Below, one piece after another: positions 21,321 through 31,894 of a stretch of DNA of 64,000 nt. The stretch's first letter is position 1. Each line of letters begins with the position of its first letter. Source of the DNA: Histomonas meleagridis 2922-C6/04-290x. Taxonomy: Eukaryota; Protista; Parabasalia. A model generated the notes under the pieces. It was not told where the DNA came from, did no database searches, and saw nothing but the letters and a program-made list of their open reading frames with translations. The DNA lies in assembly GCA_020184695.1 (NCBI GenBank), contig JAANOX010000161.1, positions 1-64,000 on the forward strand. Direction: 5' to 3'. A program made the position numbers and the translations under genes.

Positions 21321-21740
21321 ATGTTTTTTCTTATATTAGTCACTAAAGGTTCATTCCTAAGAAATACTGGAAGTAGGTGGATTAAAGTAAAGCCACGGGA
21401 AATCAAGAAATCATCAACAAGAAAAATACAATTAATATCCCCTTACAATTATAATAATAACAAAAAATTCAACAAAGAAATGAATAAAGGTAAGCATGAC
21501 TTTAGCCAATTATCAACTAGGAAGATAGACGATGTGGTAAATCGTTTGAGGTCTATTATTAATTCAAAGGAAATATCTAAGATGGAAAGTTCTTTTGATG
21601 AATTAAAAAATAAGATTGGGGATAATAAAGAGAATAATCTAAAAATAGATGATCATCCAATGGAATTAAACGCTATAATATCTCGCACGATAAAGAAATT
21701 AATGGAAAAAAGGAAAAAGCTTCATGAATTTAATGGTTAA
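21321..21740 (+). CDS. Hypothetical basic protein
   Basis: 139-aa ATG ORF with no recognised domain. Confidence 0.4.
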   Translation: MFFLILVTKGSFLRNTGSRWIKVKPREIKKSSTRKIQLISPYNYNNNKKFNKEMNKGKHDFSQLSTRKIDDVVNRLRSIINSKEISKMESSFDELKNKIGDNKENNLKIDDHPMELNAIISRTIKKLMEKRKKLHEFNG

Positions 21741-22636
21741 CTATGTAAATAAAGAAACAAATTTACAAAAAATGAACTTATAAAAGAAATGTAACTTTTT
21801 ATGATTTTTTTAATTCTTATATAAAATATAAAAACCAATCATTATTAACACATTTTCTTTTTGATAAATATTATCCAACGATCGTTACATATTGAACCAA
21901 AGTTACTCCACCTGAATCAGCAGTGCCATAAGCTTGTATTATCAGTACTTGAAAAACAGTTATCAAGAAATGTATAACTTGCGCATCCATTACAATAAGT
22001 TTTAACCTTCCTCCGACTTTTTGCTTGGGTGACTCTATGTCTTTCCAGTGAATGATATTATCGTAGGCTTTAATCGTATTCGCCTTCAACAAAGCCAATG
22101 CATCTCCATGTTACGAATGTTACTAATTACATAAAGCGCTCAAATATGTAATATATTATAATAGTGAATAAATAGATATCCCGACCAAAATGATATCATC
22201 TTCGAAGATGTGAACCCAACATCGTTTGAGGAGTCTTAAAAGTTTTAGATCATATACTGTAATTGAATTTTGCTAATTCACAATTTGACTTTTTCGGAGT
22301 TTTTTGAATGTTTTGTGAGTCACAAACTATGGTGATCGCTTGTAGCTTATTGGCACATGAAGCAAGAAGACTAATTAATGAAAATGTTTCAATTGAACAT
22401 AAAAGATAATGACAATCAAGTACATCAATGACAACTGATATCACTTTACAGAGAGGGATTGCACTAATCCACCTATTCTTTCTGTAACTATATTTGTGAT
22501 CATTTCCTACAAACCTTCAGATTGCGGGATATAAAAAGAGTTTAAGCCTCATAAAATATAAGTAAGCGCATGAGATTAAAAACTGGATTAAAACTTTTTA
22601 ATAATCTGGAAATTTTAGGTAAAAAAGTTTCGGTAT

Positions 22637-23086
22637 TTATTTACCAAGTGCAAGAAGTCTGAACTCGTGGTAATCTATCTTTCCGTCACGATTTCTGTCA
22701 GCTTCACCGATCATTTTACGAATAACTTCAGGTGAGGAATCAAGACCTAGTGAAATTAACAATGACCTAAGTTCTTGTGGAGTTATAAAACCGTCATTAT
22801 CGCGATCAAAAACACGGAACGCTTCTTTTAATTCATCTTCAATATCACTTTGCCTCATTTGTCTTGACATTAAAGCAAGAAACTCGGTGAAATCTATGTT
22901 GTCATTTCCATCAGCATCAACTTCTCGGATCATATCTTGAAGTTCACTATGAGTTGGGGCTTGACCAATTGCACGCATAACAGAGGCAAGGTCATCAACG
23001 GTAATTACACCGTCGCCATTTCTATCCATGATATCGAAAGCTTGACGGAATTCTTGGATTTGTTCTGCTGTTAGGGTTTCAACCAT
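22637..23086 (-). CDS. Calmodulin-like 4 EF-hand protein
   Basis: EF loops DRNGDGVIT, DADGNDNID, DRDNDGFIT, DRNRDGKID; LTAEQIQEFRQAF start. Confidence 0.93.
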   Translation of the reverse strand: MVETLTAEQIQEFRQAFDIMDRNGDGVITVDDLASVMRAIGQAPTHSELQDMIREVDADGNDNIDFTEFLALMSRQMRQSDIEDELKEAFRVFDRDNDGFITPQELRSLLISLGLDSSPEVIRKMIGEADRNRDGKIDYHEFRLLALGK

Positions 23087-23139
23087 TGTATAAAACGTTT
23101 AAAATTTCGAAAGACGTTAAAAGTATTTTACGAAAGCAA

Positions 23140-23364
23140 ATGAGCACAAACCACCCTTTTGATAAAGTAACAGAAGAAAACGAGGAACCTGATGCACACG
23201 AAAGACCAGAGATTGGAATACATATTGATTTGTTCAATGACGATCAAACAAAAGACAATCCAAAGAAATGGGATATTTTTGGTGTAAAACACACAGATAA
23301 AGAAGTTGACAAAATGTTCCAGGAAGCTGAAGATTTATCTACTTGGTCTTTTTGGAAAATATAA
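23140..23364 (+). CDS. Small hypothetical protein
   Basis: ATG at 23140, 53 bp from the divergent calmodulin ATG; acidic composition. Confidence 0.5.
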   Translation: MSTNHPFDKVTEENEEPDAHERPEIGIHIDLFNDDQTKDNPKKWDIFGVKHTDKEVDKMFQEAEDLSTWSFWKI

Positions 23365-23389
23365 ACATGTTTGTATAGTATATGTTTAT

Positions 23390-24538
23390 TTATTCTTTCT
23401 TAATCTTTTCTCTATGACTACAATTATCCCAAACCATCAGAGCTACACAGAACACCATTAAAAGAGGTAGGAAAAATACAAATGTTGGTGTTCCTTGGCC
23501 CCTCATATTATAATATATTGCCAATATTGAAGAACCAAAACCAGTTCCTGGGCCACTTCCTTTGATCACTCCGTTTTTCACATTTTTTACCCAATTCAAC
23601 ACATCATTTTCAATAATACTTTCGTTTTGATATATCCAAAAACGAGCTCCAGCCCTATTGTACAAAACATACTTTGGAATAGAAGCGTTTTTAACTCCTA
23701 TGTAACGACAAAAATGTTGATAATCTTCACAATTTGTCTTTGATACAATAAAGTCCTTTGAAACTTTATCACAAATAGAAATAGCATCACTGGTAGGTTC
23801 TTTGCTTGTGTTTGTTAAGTAAATGAGTGCTGTTAATTTTTGGGTTGTTAAATGTTTCATCACGTAAGAAGAGATTTCAACAAAGAAAGGAAGTGAGTGC
23901 AGCAAAACAAAATTTGTAAGAGATTCTATATCCCATTCCCCATTATAATCTTCGGATCTGTTAATATCAGTGTAGACCGTTAAGGATGGCTTAACGTCTT
24001 CTTTCCCATCAATCAAAAGGAAATGTGACTCAATGTCTCTGAACTGCGTTGAAACATTACGTACGCTGTTAATTTTTTCTTTATCATTTGGTGGTATTGT
24101 GAAAACAAACACTGTTGTTGTGTTTGCTCTTTTGATATATGAACTTATTTGGGATTCATTGATTGGAATTAATGGAAAATTTAATTGTTTTTTAACGAAG
24201 AGAAGCATGTGCTCAAGGTTCCTAGTTCCGTCGTAGTTAATTTCAATGTTGTTTTTATTATCAATCCAAAATATTTTTGGATAACTATCAGTTTTATATT
24301 TTTTACAAGATTCTCGATTCATTTCACATTCGATATCAGCTATTGAAACGTATTCATCTAGATCATCAATATATGTAAGTGCTTCCCATGCTGGTGCCAT
24401 TTCTTTGCAATGAGGACACCAACTTGCCCATAATTTCAAGAAAACTGGTTTACTTGTTTCATTTAAAAATCGTGTAAAATTTTCATCTGTTAAATGTATT
24501 GGTGTTGCAAAGGTTAATGAGAAAAAAACAAAAATCAT
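23390..24538 (-). CDS. Membrane-anchored thioredoxin/PDI-family protein
   Basis: Signal peptide, WCPHC active site, further Trx-like folds, C-terminal TM and basic KIKKE tail. Confidence 0.85.
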   Translation of the reverse strand: MIFVFFSLTFATPIHLTDENFTRFLNETSKPVFLKLWASWCPHCKEMAPAWEALTYIDDLDEYVSIADIECEMNRESCKKYKTDSYPKIFWIDNKNNIEINYDGTRNLEHMLLFVKKQLNFPLIPINESQISSYIKRANTTTVFVFTIPPNDKEKINSVRNVSTQFRDIESHFLLIDGKEDVKPSLTVYTDINRSEDYNGEWDIESLTNFVLLHSLPFFVEISSYVMKHLTTQKLTALIYLTNTSKEPTSDAISICDKVSKDFIVSKTNCEDYQHFCRYIGVKNASIPKYVLYNRAGARFWIYQNESIIENDVLNWVKNVKNGVIKGSGPGTGFGSSILAIYYNMRGQGTPTFVFFLPLLMVFCVALMVWDNCSHREKIKKE

Positions 24539-24629
24539 TTATCTTTATCGCCTTGTCACTTTTTAATATTTGGCCGATACGATACATTTATCGATGGCAC
24601 TTTTTGTAAACTCATATCGTGCGGGTAAT

Positions 24630-24649
24630 GACGGTTTTGGTTGGCCTTT
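24630..24649 (+). promoter_or_regulatory. M3 (GACGGTTT) plus M5 (CCTTT) core promoter of the ribosomal protein gene
   Basis: M3 at 24630-24637 and CCTTT at 24645-24649, just before ATG 24656. The M3+M5 arrangement is known for trichomonad ribosomal protein genes. Confidence 0.65.
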
Positions 24650-24655
24650 CGGAGA

Positions 24656-25078
24656 ATGTCGAAGGTTACAATGCGCATTCGTAAATACATCGTAAACAAA
24701 TTACTTGATCGTAAACAGTTCGTTGTCGATCTTAAACACCCAGGAAACAGGGCACCAACACGCGATGAAATCAAAGATTTAGTTGCAAAGCAACTCAAAG
24801 CTAACAAAGATCTCATTGTCATCTTCTCACTCGAAACAAAGTTCGGAGGTGGCCGTACAACAGGTTTTGGCCTTATCTATGACAATCTTGATGCACTCAA
24901 AACAATCGAACCAAAGCACCGTCTTATCAAGGCTGGACTTGCTGAAAAGAGCAAGGTTACTCGCCGTATGCGTAAGAATACACGTAAGCAAAAGGTAAAG
25001 GTTTGGGGTTCAGGCGTTCGTGCACAACGTCATAAGGTTCGCCGTCAACAACGTAAGGAAGCTCTTGAAGGTCAATAA
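24656..25078 (+). CDS. RPS24: 40S ribosomal protein S24 (eS24)
   Basis: NKLLDRKQFVVDLKHPG, TKFGGGRTTGFGLIYD, EPKHRL. Confidence 0.96.
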   Translation: MSKVTMRIRKYIVNKLLDRKQFVVDLKHPGNRAPTRDEIKDLVAKQLKANKDLIVIFSLETKFGGGRTTGFGLIYDNLDALKTIEPKHRLIKAGLAEKSKVTRRMRKNTRKQKVKVWGSGVRAQRHKVRRQQRKEALEGQ

Positions 25079-25160
25079 ACATAACGACAAATTTGATTTA
25101 GTTCTTCTTGTGAATGCAAGCTTTAAGTTTTTACGTTCTTCAACCGCTTTTTACTATACT

Positions 25161-26170
25161 TTATTTACAACAAGAAGCTAAAATAAGTGCTGTACTAAAT
25201 ATTTTAAATAATTTCCAAATCTTATTTTGAAATATTCCAAAATTATTAAAATAAATATTAAATAAAACAAATAAATATCTTTGGCATTAATATCAATTCC
25301 TTTTTGTTCAAGAAGTAATTTAACTATTTCTGTATGACCGTTCCAAGATGCAAGCATAAGTGCTGTATAAAATAATTTAAATAATTTCCAAATATTATTT
25401 TGAAATATTAAATTTTTAAAATAAATTTCAAATAAAACAAATAATTATCTTTAGCATTAATAGCAATTCCTTCTTGTTCAAGAAGTAATTTAACTATTTC
25501 TGTATGACCATTTTTAGATGCATGAATAAGTGCTGTATTAAATAATTTAAATAATTTTCAAATATTATTTTGAATTTCCAAACTATTATAATAAATTATA
25601 AATAAAACAAATAAATATCTTTATCATTAATAACAATTCCTTTTTGTTCAAGAAGTAATTTAACTATTTCGATATAGTTGTTTTCAGAGGTATAAAAATA
25701 GTGTATTAAATCCTTGAAATGATTTCTGGGTATTGTTGTAAAAAATCAAATATTAGGGAAAAAATTTATTCACAATAAATAAATATATTTATTAAGATGA
25801 ATATTAATAACTTATTGTTCAAACAAAAAATCAAAAATTTTAAAATTCATAAAGTTTTCCGCGAAAAAAAAAACAACAATTTTTCCAACAGAATTTTTAA
25901 TTTCATCAAATTTTGTTCATAAAAATATTTAGATATATCATTTCGATGAAACATATCTGCTTCATATGCATTTTTAAATGATGAATGAAGTTGTTCGCAT
26001 AAATGAATAATTTCTTAATTTACACTTGCAACTGCATATTTGCCTGTATTATTTACGTTTGCACCATTCATAAGTAAATATTTAAAACAATTAATTGCTG
26101 AAAAAAAAGCTGCATAATCAATTGATGTAACATTTTCTTCATTAATGAATGAACATCTTTCATAAAGTTA
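25161..26170 (-). pseudogene. Decayed DUF3447-ankyrin gene (locus C) with interrupted ankyrin units
   Basis: DUF3447 remnant near 25930-26170 (IDYAAFF...CFKYLLMNGANVNNTGKYAVA with a stop). Units at about 25706, 25536, 25366, 25193; spacers 80, 80, 83 nt. First unit has a 1-nt shift and the last stops early. Confidence 0.8.
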
Positions 26171-26304
26171 TGTAAGTTGATTTTTTTATGATTTTTTTTT
26201 TATTGTTTCTCTAATTATTTTGAAAAAAAAATTATAAAGGAAAATATTATTAATTTAACATATAAAATTAAATAAAATTTATATACTTTTATTGATAAAA
26301 TAAT

Positions 26305-27468
26305 TTATCTACTTAATGACTTTACAATTTCAATTAACTTAATTAAAAGCGCAACAAACATCAAAATCACCAAAATTCCAACATGTGCCCACTTATATTT
26401 CAGCTTTGAGAACACTATAATTGCAACGAAGAATACATGTAAATTAAAGAAGATCAATTTTAACTCATACACATAACCATTTGATTGTATTTGTGTTATC
26501 AAAGAAGCTATACAGCCAATGATCATTGCTATCATTGGTATTATGCTATTATACTCATATTTACCCTTGTTCAATAACAAAACACACAAAACTAAATAAA
26601 ATATAAAAAGACGACTTTCATGTTGCTGGAAAACAACCATAAACATTGCTAAATCGAAACTTTCATTACTACTTGATGCCACATCGAATTTCTCCCATAT
26701 AATAAAAACTAAATTAGACAAAAATTTCCCATATAAAAACATAGTGCCAAAGACTTTCAAGGCTTGAATTACCATCATCAAAAAGTTTCCTAAATATTTT
26801 CCAATTTGAGAAATACCAGAAACAAAGAAAATAAAAAAGACACCAATAGATGGACCTAGGCACTCAGGTCTAAGACAAATTGATAAAGCAACAAATAAAT
26901 ATGAGAAAAAGAAACTTAAAAACCATTTAGTGGAGATGGTTTTCTCAGTAAAGACATTTTGAATAAAAATGTACGATAGAATTATACAAAAAGTGATGAT
27001 GGCGGTTGAGGGGAATTGATATAAAAGTGCTGTTTGAGGTTCACACAAAAAGTAGAAAACCGATCCGGTTATTGCTATTAAAAAGTTTCCGCCAAGATTT
27101 GTGATGTAAACAGAGATAGAGGAAAAGATCATTGGAACTAAAATATAGGAAAGCCATGGAACTGCATCATCTATTGCTGAACACAATGGTTGCTCTTTCT
27201 TTGATAAAGGTTGGTATAAATTTTTTTTGGGAATAAAATAATTAATCAGTGAAAAAATTAATATCATGAAAAATACAATGAAAAATACCACCACATTTTC
27301 TAGTAAATGGGCTTTTGTTTGTTTGTCGAATGTATTCTTAATCTTTTCATATGTTTCTTCATCAATTTTTTCCTCTTCGTTCTTTGATTTTGTTTTTGAG
27401 TCATTTGAGTTGTTGGTTTTTCGTTGTAGTCCAACGCCTGATTTTGATTTTTCTTTTCGATTCTTCAT
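26305..27468 (-). CDS. Polytopic membrane protein (possibly GT-C/PMT-like)
   Basis: Charged N-terminus followed by many hydrophobic helices. Family call is weak. Confidence 0.55.
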   Translation of the reverse strand: MKNRKEKSKSGVGLQRKTNNSNDSKTKSKNEEEKIDEETYEKIKNTFDKQTKAHLLENVVVFFIVFFMILIFSLINYFIPKKNLYQPLSKKEQPLCSAIDDAVPWLSYILVPMIFSSISVYITNLGGNFLIAITGSVFYFLCEPQTALLYQFPSTAIITFCIILSYIFIQNVFTEKTISTKWFLSFFFSYLFVALSICLRPECLGPSIGVFFIFFVSGISQIGKYLGNFLMMVIQALKVFGTMFLYGKFLSNLVFIIWEKFDVASSSNESFDLAMFMVVFQQHESRLFIFYLVLCVLLLNKGKYEYNSIIPMIAMIIGCIASLITQIQSNGYVYELKLIFFNLHVFFVAIIVFSKLKYKWAHVGILVILMFVALLIKLIEIVKSLSR

Positions 27469-27767
27469 TTTTTAAAAAATCTGAAAATAACCGTTTTCTG
27501 AGCATAAATTCTGAGAAATACGATCAAAAAAAGTAATCAGCAAAGAAGTTAATCAAGTTATTGATATTGAAGTATATTTTATGGTTGTATTGTGTTTTAT
27601 GAATCATAGTGCACAGTATTTTATGGACAATATCATGAAAAAGATAAATTTCATTGTAAACACAACAACAAATACAGTTCTTCCACATTGGAAACTAATT
27701 TTTGTATACAAACATCTATCAAAACACGAGTTTAATCAACCGAATATATTTATAATTCATATTTTTC

Positions 27768-28670
27768 CTAAAACGCGCTCTCATCCAAGAAAATTCTTGT
27801 CATTTGTGTTACGCCTTTTTCGGCCATTTCTTTTGAGTTTTCTTTTATATATTCCTTCGGATCAATTTTCCCTATGTGTCTATTTAACAGTTCTTTTTTG
27901 TTCATTGCTTCTTCGTCTATTATACTTCTCCGATAATTATCTGCTGCTTTTGTCATATTTTTTAATATTTTTATGTTTTCTTGATCGCGCTTAACAAAGT
28001 TCGAAATTTGAAATCCATTGCTCCATGTCGGATGATTTAAAGACATTAAAACTTGTTGCTCATATTCGCTCATTCGATATGCTACGGGCATTTGATAATA
28101 AAGTCGGCCAAGACCTCGTACTAACGCTTTGATGGATGGCTTTTCTAAGCTACCGATGAATGAAGTAGTTTCACGCGCTTCATCAGCTTGTTGCATCTGA
28201 AGTGGATTATCACCAATGCAACGAAAGGCGCCAATAACAACTTTCCCTCGAACACTTTGTACCGGATCAACAACAACGGCTATACAACGAGGATTAAGTT
28301 TCTCCCATGTCATTTGTTGATTGATGTCAACATTGGATAGCCATACACCAAAGCCTGGATGAGAATGATACCAGCCTACAACTTCTTCGTTACGTCCTGT
28401 AAGTCTAAGATTTCTCTTCATTTGTTCTTGGAAAACATCATCAATTGATTCAACTGAGGTACCAGTTCCTGTTTGTGGAGTTGGGAAAACATCAACAACT
28501 TGAATCGTGTAATCATCAATAAATCGACCTAACATTAATCCAACTACTTCAAGAGGGATTCCAGATTTTCCATGCTTTAACATTTTGAGAAGAGCCATAC
28601 CACTGATGTGTATAGTTTCTGCTGTATCAAAATGAGTATTCCCTTGACGATTACCAAAGATGCTGTACAT
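27768..28670 (-). CDS. RPN11: 26S proteasome deubiquitinase Rpn11/PSMD14
   Basis: ALLKMLKHG..G.PLEVVGLMLG, JAMM motif WYHSHPGFG.WLS.VD, AVVVDPVQSV.GKVVI.AFR. Confidence 0.96.
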   Translation of the reverse strand: MYSIFGNRQGNTHFDTAETIHISGMALLKMLKHGKSGIPLEVVGLMLGRFIDDYTIQVVDVFPTPQTGTGTSVESIDDVFQEQMKRNLRLTGRNEEVVGWYHSHPGFGVWLSNVDINQQMTWEKLNPRCIAVVVDPVQSVRGKVVIGAFRCIGDNPLQMQQADEARETTSFIGSLEKPSIKALVRGLGRLYYQMPVAYRMSEYEQQVLMSLNHPTWSNGFQISNFVKRDQENIKILKNMTKAADNYRRSIIDEEAMNKKELLNRHIGKIDPKEYIKENSKEMAEKGVTQMTRIFLDESAF

Positions 28671-28753
28671 TAATATCTAAAAAAATAATTTAAATATATG
28701 CCGGTCAAAATACGCTCAAAAAGTCATTCATTAATTTCGGCAAAATTCTGGGA

Positions 28754-29449
28754 ATGGAAATGAACACAGAAAACACAAAAATATGTTTACAAATTATTAA
28801 TGATTTAATGGAAGAACCTTTAGGAAAGTGCTTAATTGAATATGGTGCAGATGAAATTCCAGACGAAGTTCTTCCAACATTAACTAATTTAAAAGTTATT
28901 CAAGAAAGGCTACAAAGAAACCAATACAACACAATAGAAGATTGGGATCGCGATGTACAAATGATACTATATAATGTTGAAAAATATTATGGAAATAATT
29001 CGTATTTTTTCATTGTTGCTCAACAATTTACGCACTATTTCAATAAGCAAAAAGAGAAGGTATACAGATTAGGTATTGAAGGATGGACAAGACAATTTAT
29101 TAATTTACAGTTAAAGATATCTGATTTGATCTCAAAACCACCACCATCTGTTTCAAAAAATTATCCTAAAACATTCCTTAAAAGTATTAAACCACAAGAG
29201 TTTTCTGAAAATGATCTGACTTCACTTTTGGAAGATATCAAGAAATTGCCCAAACAAAAGTCAAATGATCTTTTATTTTTCAACAATGTCTTCCGCCATT
29301 ATGATACAGAATTAGATATCTTCAATGAGCCACTTCGTGTTGACCTTAGAAAGCTTCCTGTTGAAGCATTAACCGAAATAAAGAAGTATGTACATAAACG
29401 AATCGAAGAAACATCAAAAAACACTGAAAAAGAACACGTTTCGCATTGA
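28754..29449 (+). CDS. Bromodomain protein with ET-like C-terminus
   Basis: LKVIQERLQRNQYNTIEDWDRDVQMILYN; ET-like VDLRKLPVEALTEIKKYV. Confidence 0.65.
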   Translation: MEMNTENTKICLQIINDLMEEPLGKCLIEYGADEIPDEVLPTLTNLKVIQERLQRNQYNTIEDWDRDVQMILYNVEKYYGNNSYFFIVAQQFTHYFNKQKEKVYRLGIEGWTRQFINLQLKISDLISKPPPSVSKNYPKTFLKSIKPQEFSENDLTSLLEDIKKLPKQKSNDLLFFNNVFRHYDTELDIFNEPLRVDLRKLPVEALTEIKKYVHKRIEETSKNTEKEHVSH

Positions 29450-29678
29450 TAAAAGAATTTTTTTGTGCTAATACATAGAATAAAAATTAAATAAAATATT
29501 TTTTTAATAAATACACACATGAACAATTGGTGATTTCTTTCATTTATGCACAAATAATTTAGATTTTTATCCTGGGAAATTTTGGTTAAACCCAAAATAT
29601 TCAAAAATAATGTAGAACATGATTTTGGTTTGAGGAGAATGATAAAAATTGAGTAAGGTTTGGTCTTTACTTAGGTTA

Positions 29679-29954
29679 TTATTCGGTTTCGATTGTAATG
29701 TATTGGAATAATGGACCAATTACTTCGAAATTGTCATCAAAAAATTTGAACAGAACGTTCTTTAGCCGTTTCTCATTGCGTCCCAAATTGAGACCTAACC
29801 AGCGACAAATAATTTCCGCTATTAGAAGGATGTCACCATCTACAAGTTTGTCCCATTTTTTCATTCGAAAAATTTCCCACGTTTGATGTGATTTGTAATC
29901 ATATTTTGCATGACTTGTATTTCTCTTTTGAGGAGGTTGGCGTTGGGAATCCAT
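29679..29954 (-). CDS. Small basic trichomonad-type hypothetical protein
   Basis: ATG at 29954; GLNLGRNEKRLKNVLFKFFDDNF motif. Confidence 0.55.
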   Translation of the reverse strand: MDSQRQPPQKRNTSHAKYDYKSHQTWEIFRMKKWDKLVDGDILLIAEIICRWLGLNLGRNEKRLKNVLFKFFDDNFEVIGPLFQYITIETE

Positions 29955-30221
29955 AATATAAAATGAAATGATATTTGACTTGAAGAAACTCCTCCCAAAA
30001 CACGATATTTCTGACGGCAAATGACAATAAACCTCAGAAAACAAAAACTTTTTGATAGTCAGAAACGTCATTGGTTACGTTAGCATTATCCGAATCAAAC
30101 ACACATTCTCAAAAAATATCTTTGGAATTTTTTACATGAATTCGAAATCTATTACATAAATTTGCAAAATTAAAAAAATATAACAAATGAAAGATAATAG
30201 AGAAGTTGTATAAATAAATTT

Positions 30222-31544
30222 TTATTCACTTGTGAATTTCTCCAACATTTCAATGATTTGATCCATGTAAACCATTAACATATTTGAACGTAGTTGTATT
30301 GCGTATTCGTATATTTCCGATTCGTTTAGCCTCGCGCATAGTTCATCATGACTTTTTGTATTTTCACTTTTTTTCAATGTAAAAAACAAATTTTTCACAA
30401 TAGATTTTTGTGTTAAATACTTCAAGCAACTTAATGACTCAATGACTTCCATAAAGAAATCACTTTTTAACAAGTTCACCCTTAGTTCTATATCATTTCT
30501 TGGGATTATTTGAGAGAAGCAATAAACGGCCTCGTTCTTTACATCAAAAGTGCCGACATGAAATAAACCATTCAAAATTTCTAATATATTCAAATTGAAG
30601 CACAAGCACGTTAACTCATTTGAGACGATACAACCGTTCGATATGATATTTAATGAGTTAACAACAATTTTCTCTGGTTTTGTTTGAAGAAATGAAATAA
30701 TTAATGGGAAGTTAATTGAGTTCACAAATGCAACATCAGAGTTATAATAAAATATTATTTCTAAACATAATAAACATCCGTAAATTATTTTATCATTTGA
30801 TGATTGTAATGCTTCATTAAATATTCCAACGAATTCATTCGTCAAAAATAATGTGTATAATGAGTTATTATTTTCAATAAGTTTAACAATTAAAAAAAAG
30901 ATTTTCGGCTTAACGGTCTCCACAGTGATGAAATTTGAAATTAACAAAAATATCGAAGAGATTTGTTCGTTCGTGAATGATTTATAATATGTAACAATGA
31001 AGTAAAAGAGATTTATGAAGTCTTTGAAGAGTTCGTCGTTTGGTGTAATCGTCTGAATCATCCCAAAAAATGAATCAATAATGATGGATTGCATATTGAT
31101 TGGTAAAAACTCGAATAAGTTCTCTGTAATAGTGATAATGTATGACTTAATTTGAATAACGTTTTCTGTTTGAAGTAGATTATAAATACAATCAATAAAT
31201 CCAGCATTGATTAAAAAGTTTGCAAGATTAACGTCGGCCTGTTGAGTAATAAATGTAAATATCGAAAGTAATGTATATTTCAAATCATAAGAATTTTGAC
31301 TTTTTAACAAATAAATCATAAATACATAATTCTGTTCTTTTAAATAGTCCACTATTCTTATGTCATTATATTTTTCCAAAAATTCAGAAATCATTTGAAA
31401 ATAAGGAAATAATAGTTCGTTATTTTCATCAATTTGATCTAATTGTGATATAACCTTAATAACTCTGTTGATTTCCACTAGCTCTTCTTCACTATGCACA
31501 TTATCATTTGTTGTAAATCTTTCCGTTGCTCTTATATTGCACAT
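30222..31544 (-). CDS. ARM/HEAT-repeat protein (importin-alpha-like)
   Basis: Helical repeats; GTFDVKNEAVYCFS. Confidence 0.6.
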   Translation of the reverse strand: MCNIRATERFTTNDNVHSEEELVEINRVIKVISQLDQIDENNELLFPYFQMISEFLEKYNDIRIVDYLKEQNYVFMIYLLKSQNSYDLKYTLLSIFTFITQQADVNLANFLINAGFIDCIYNLLQTENVIQIKSYIITITENLFEFLPINMQSIIIDSFFGMIQTITPNDELFKDFINLFYFIVTYYKSFTNEQISSIFLLISNFITVETVKPKIFFLIVKLIENNNSLYTLFLTNEFVGIFNEALQSSNDKIIYGCLLCLEIIFYYNSDVAFVNSINFPLIISFLQTKPEKIVVNSLNIISNGCIVSNELTCLCFNLNILEILNGLFHVGTFDVKNEAVYCFSQIIPRNDIELRVNLLKSDFFMEVIESLSCLKYLTQKSIVKNLFFTLKKSENTKSHDELCARLNESEIYEYAIQLRSNMLMVYMDQIIEMLEKFTSE

Positions 31545-31894
31545 TAGTGAACTAACATAATATGTGTCACTTTTTATTTATTTAAACGTTCGTCAAAATA
31601 GTTTGTAGGTTGTTTTTATATATTATCTGATGATAGAAGAAGAAAATATGAATAGCATATTTTCCAAATTGATCTAGAATAGTATGTTAATGTGTTAAAT
31701 GCTTTCGGAAAAGATGACGTTGTCGTTACATTAAAATTACATCAAACAATAAACCTTTATTATGTTATATTTCTTTGTTTATTTTTGCATGAAATTAATT
31801 GAAAGTGAAGTTCTATTTGGAGAAAAATTTAAAATTTATATACGAAAAATGAAAGAAACACAAAGAACTTTTTATTTAAATGTACAAATCAAGA

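Noticed and set aside
21871-22500. Possible gene or element relic (ORFs 21871-22098 and 22250-22444)
   Set aside because: No recognisable motif in any frame I could read.
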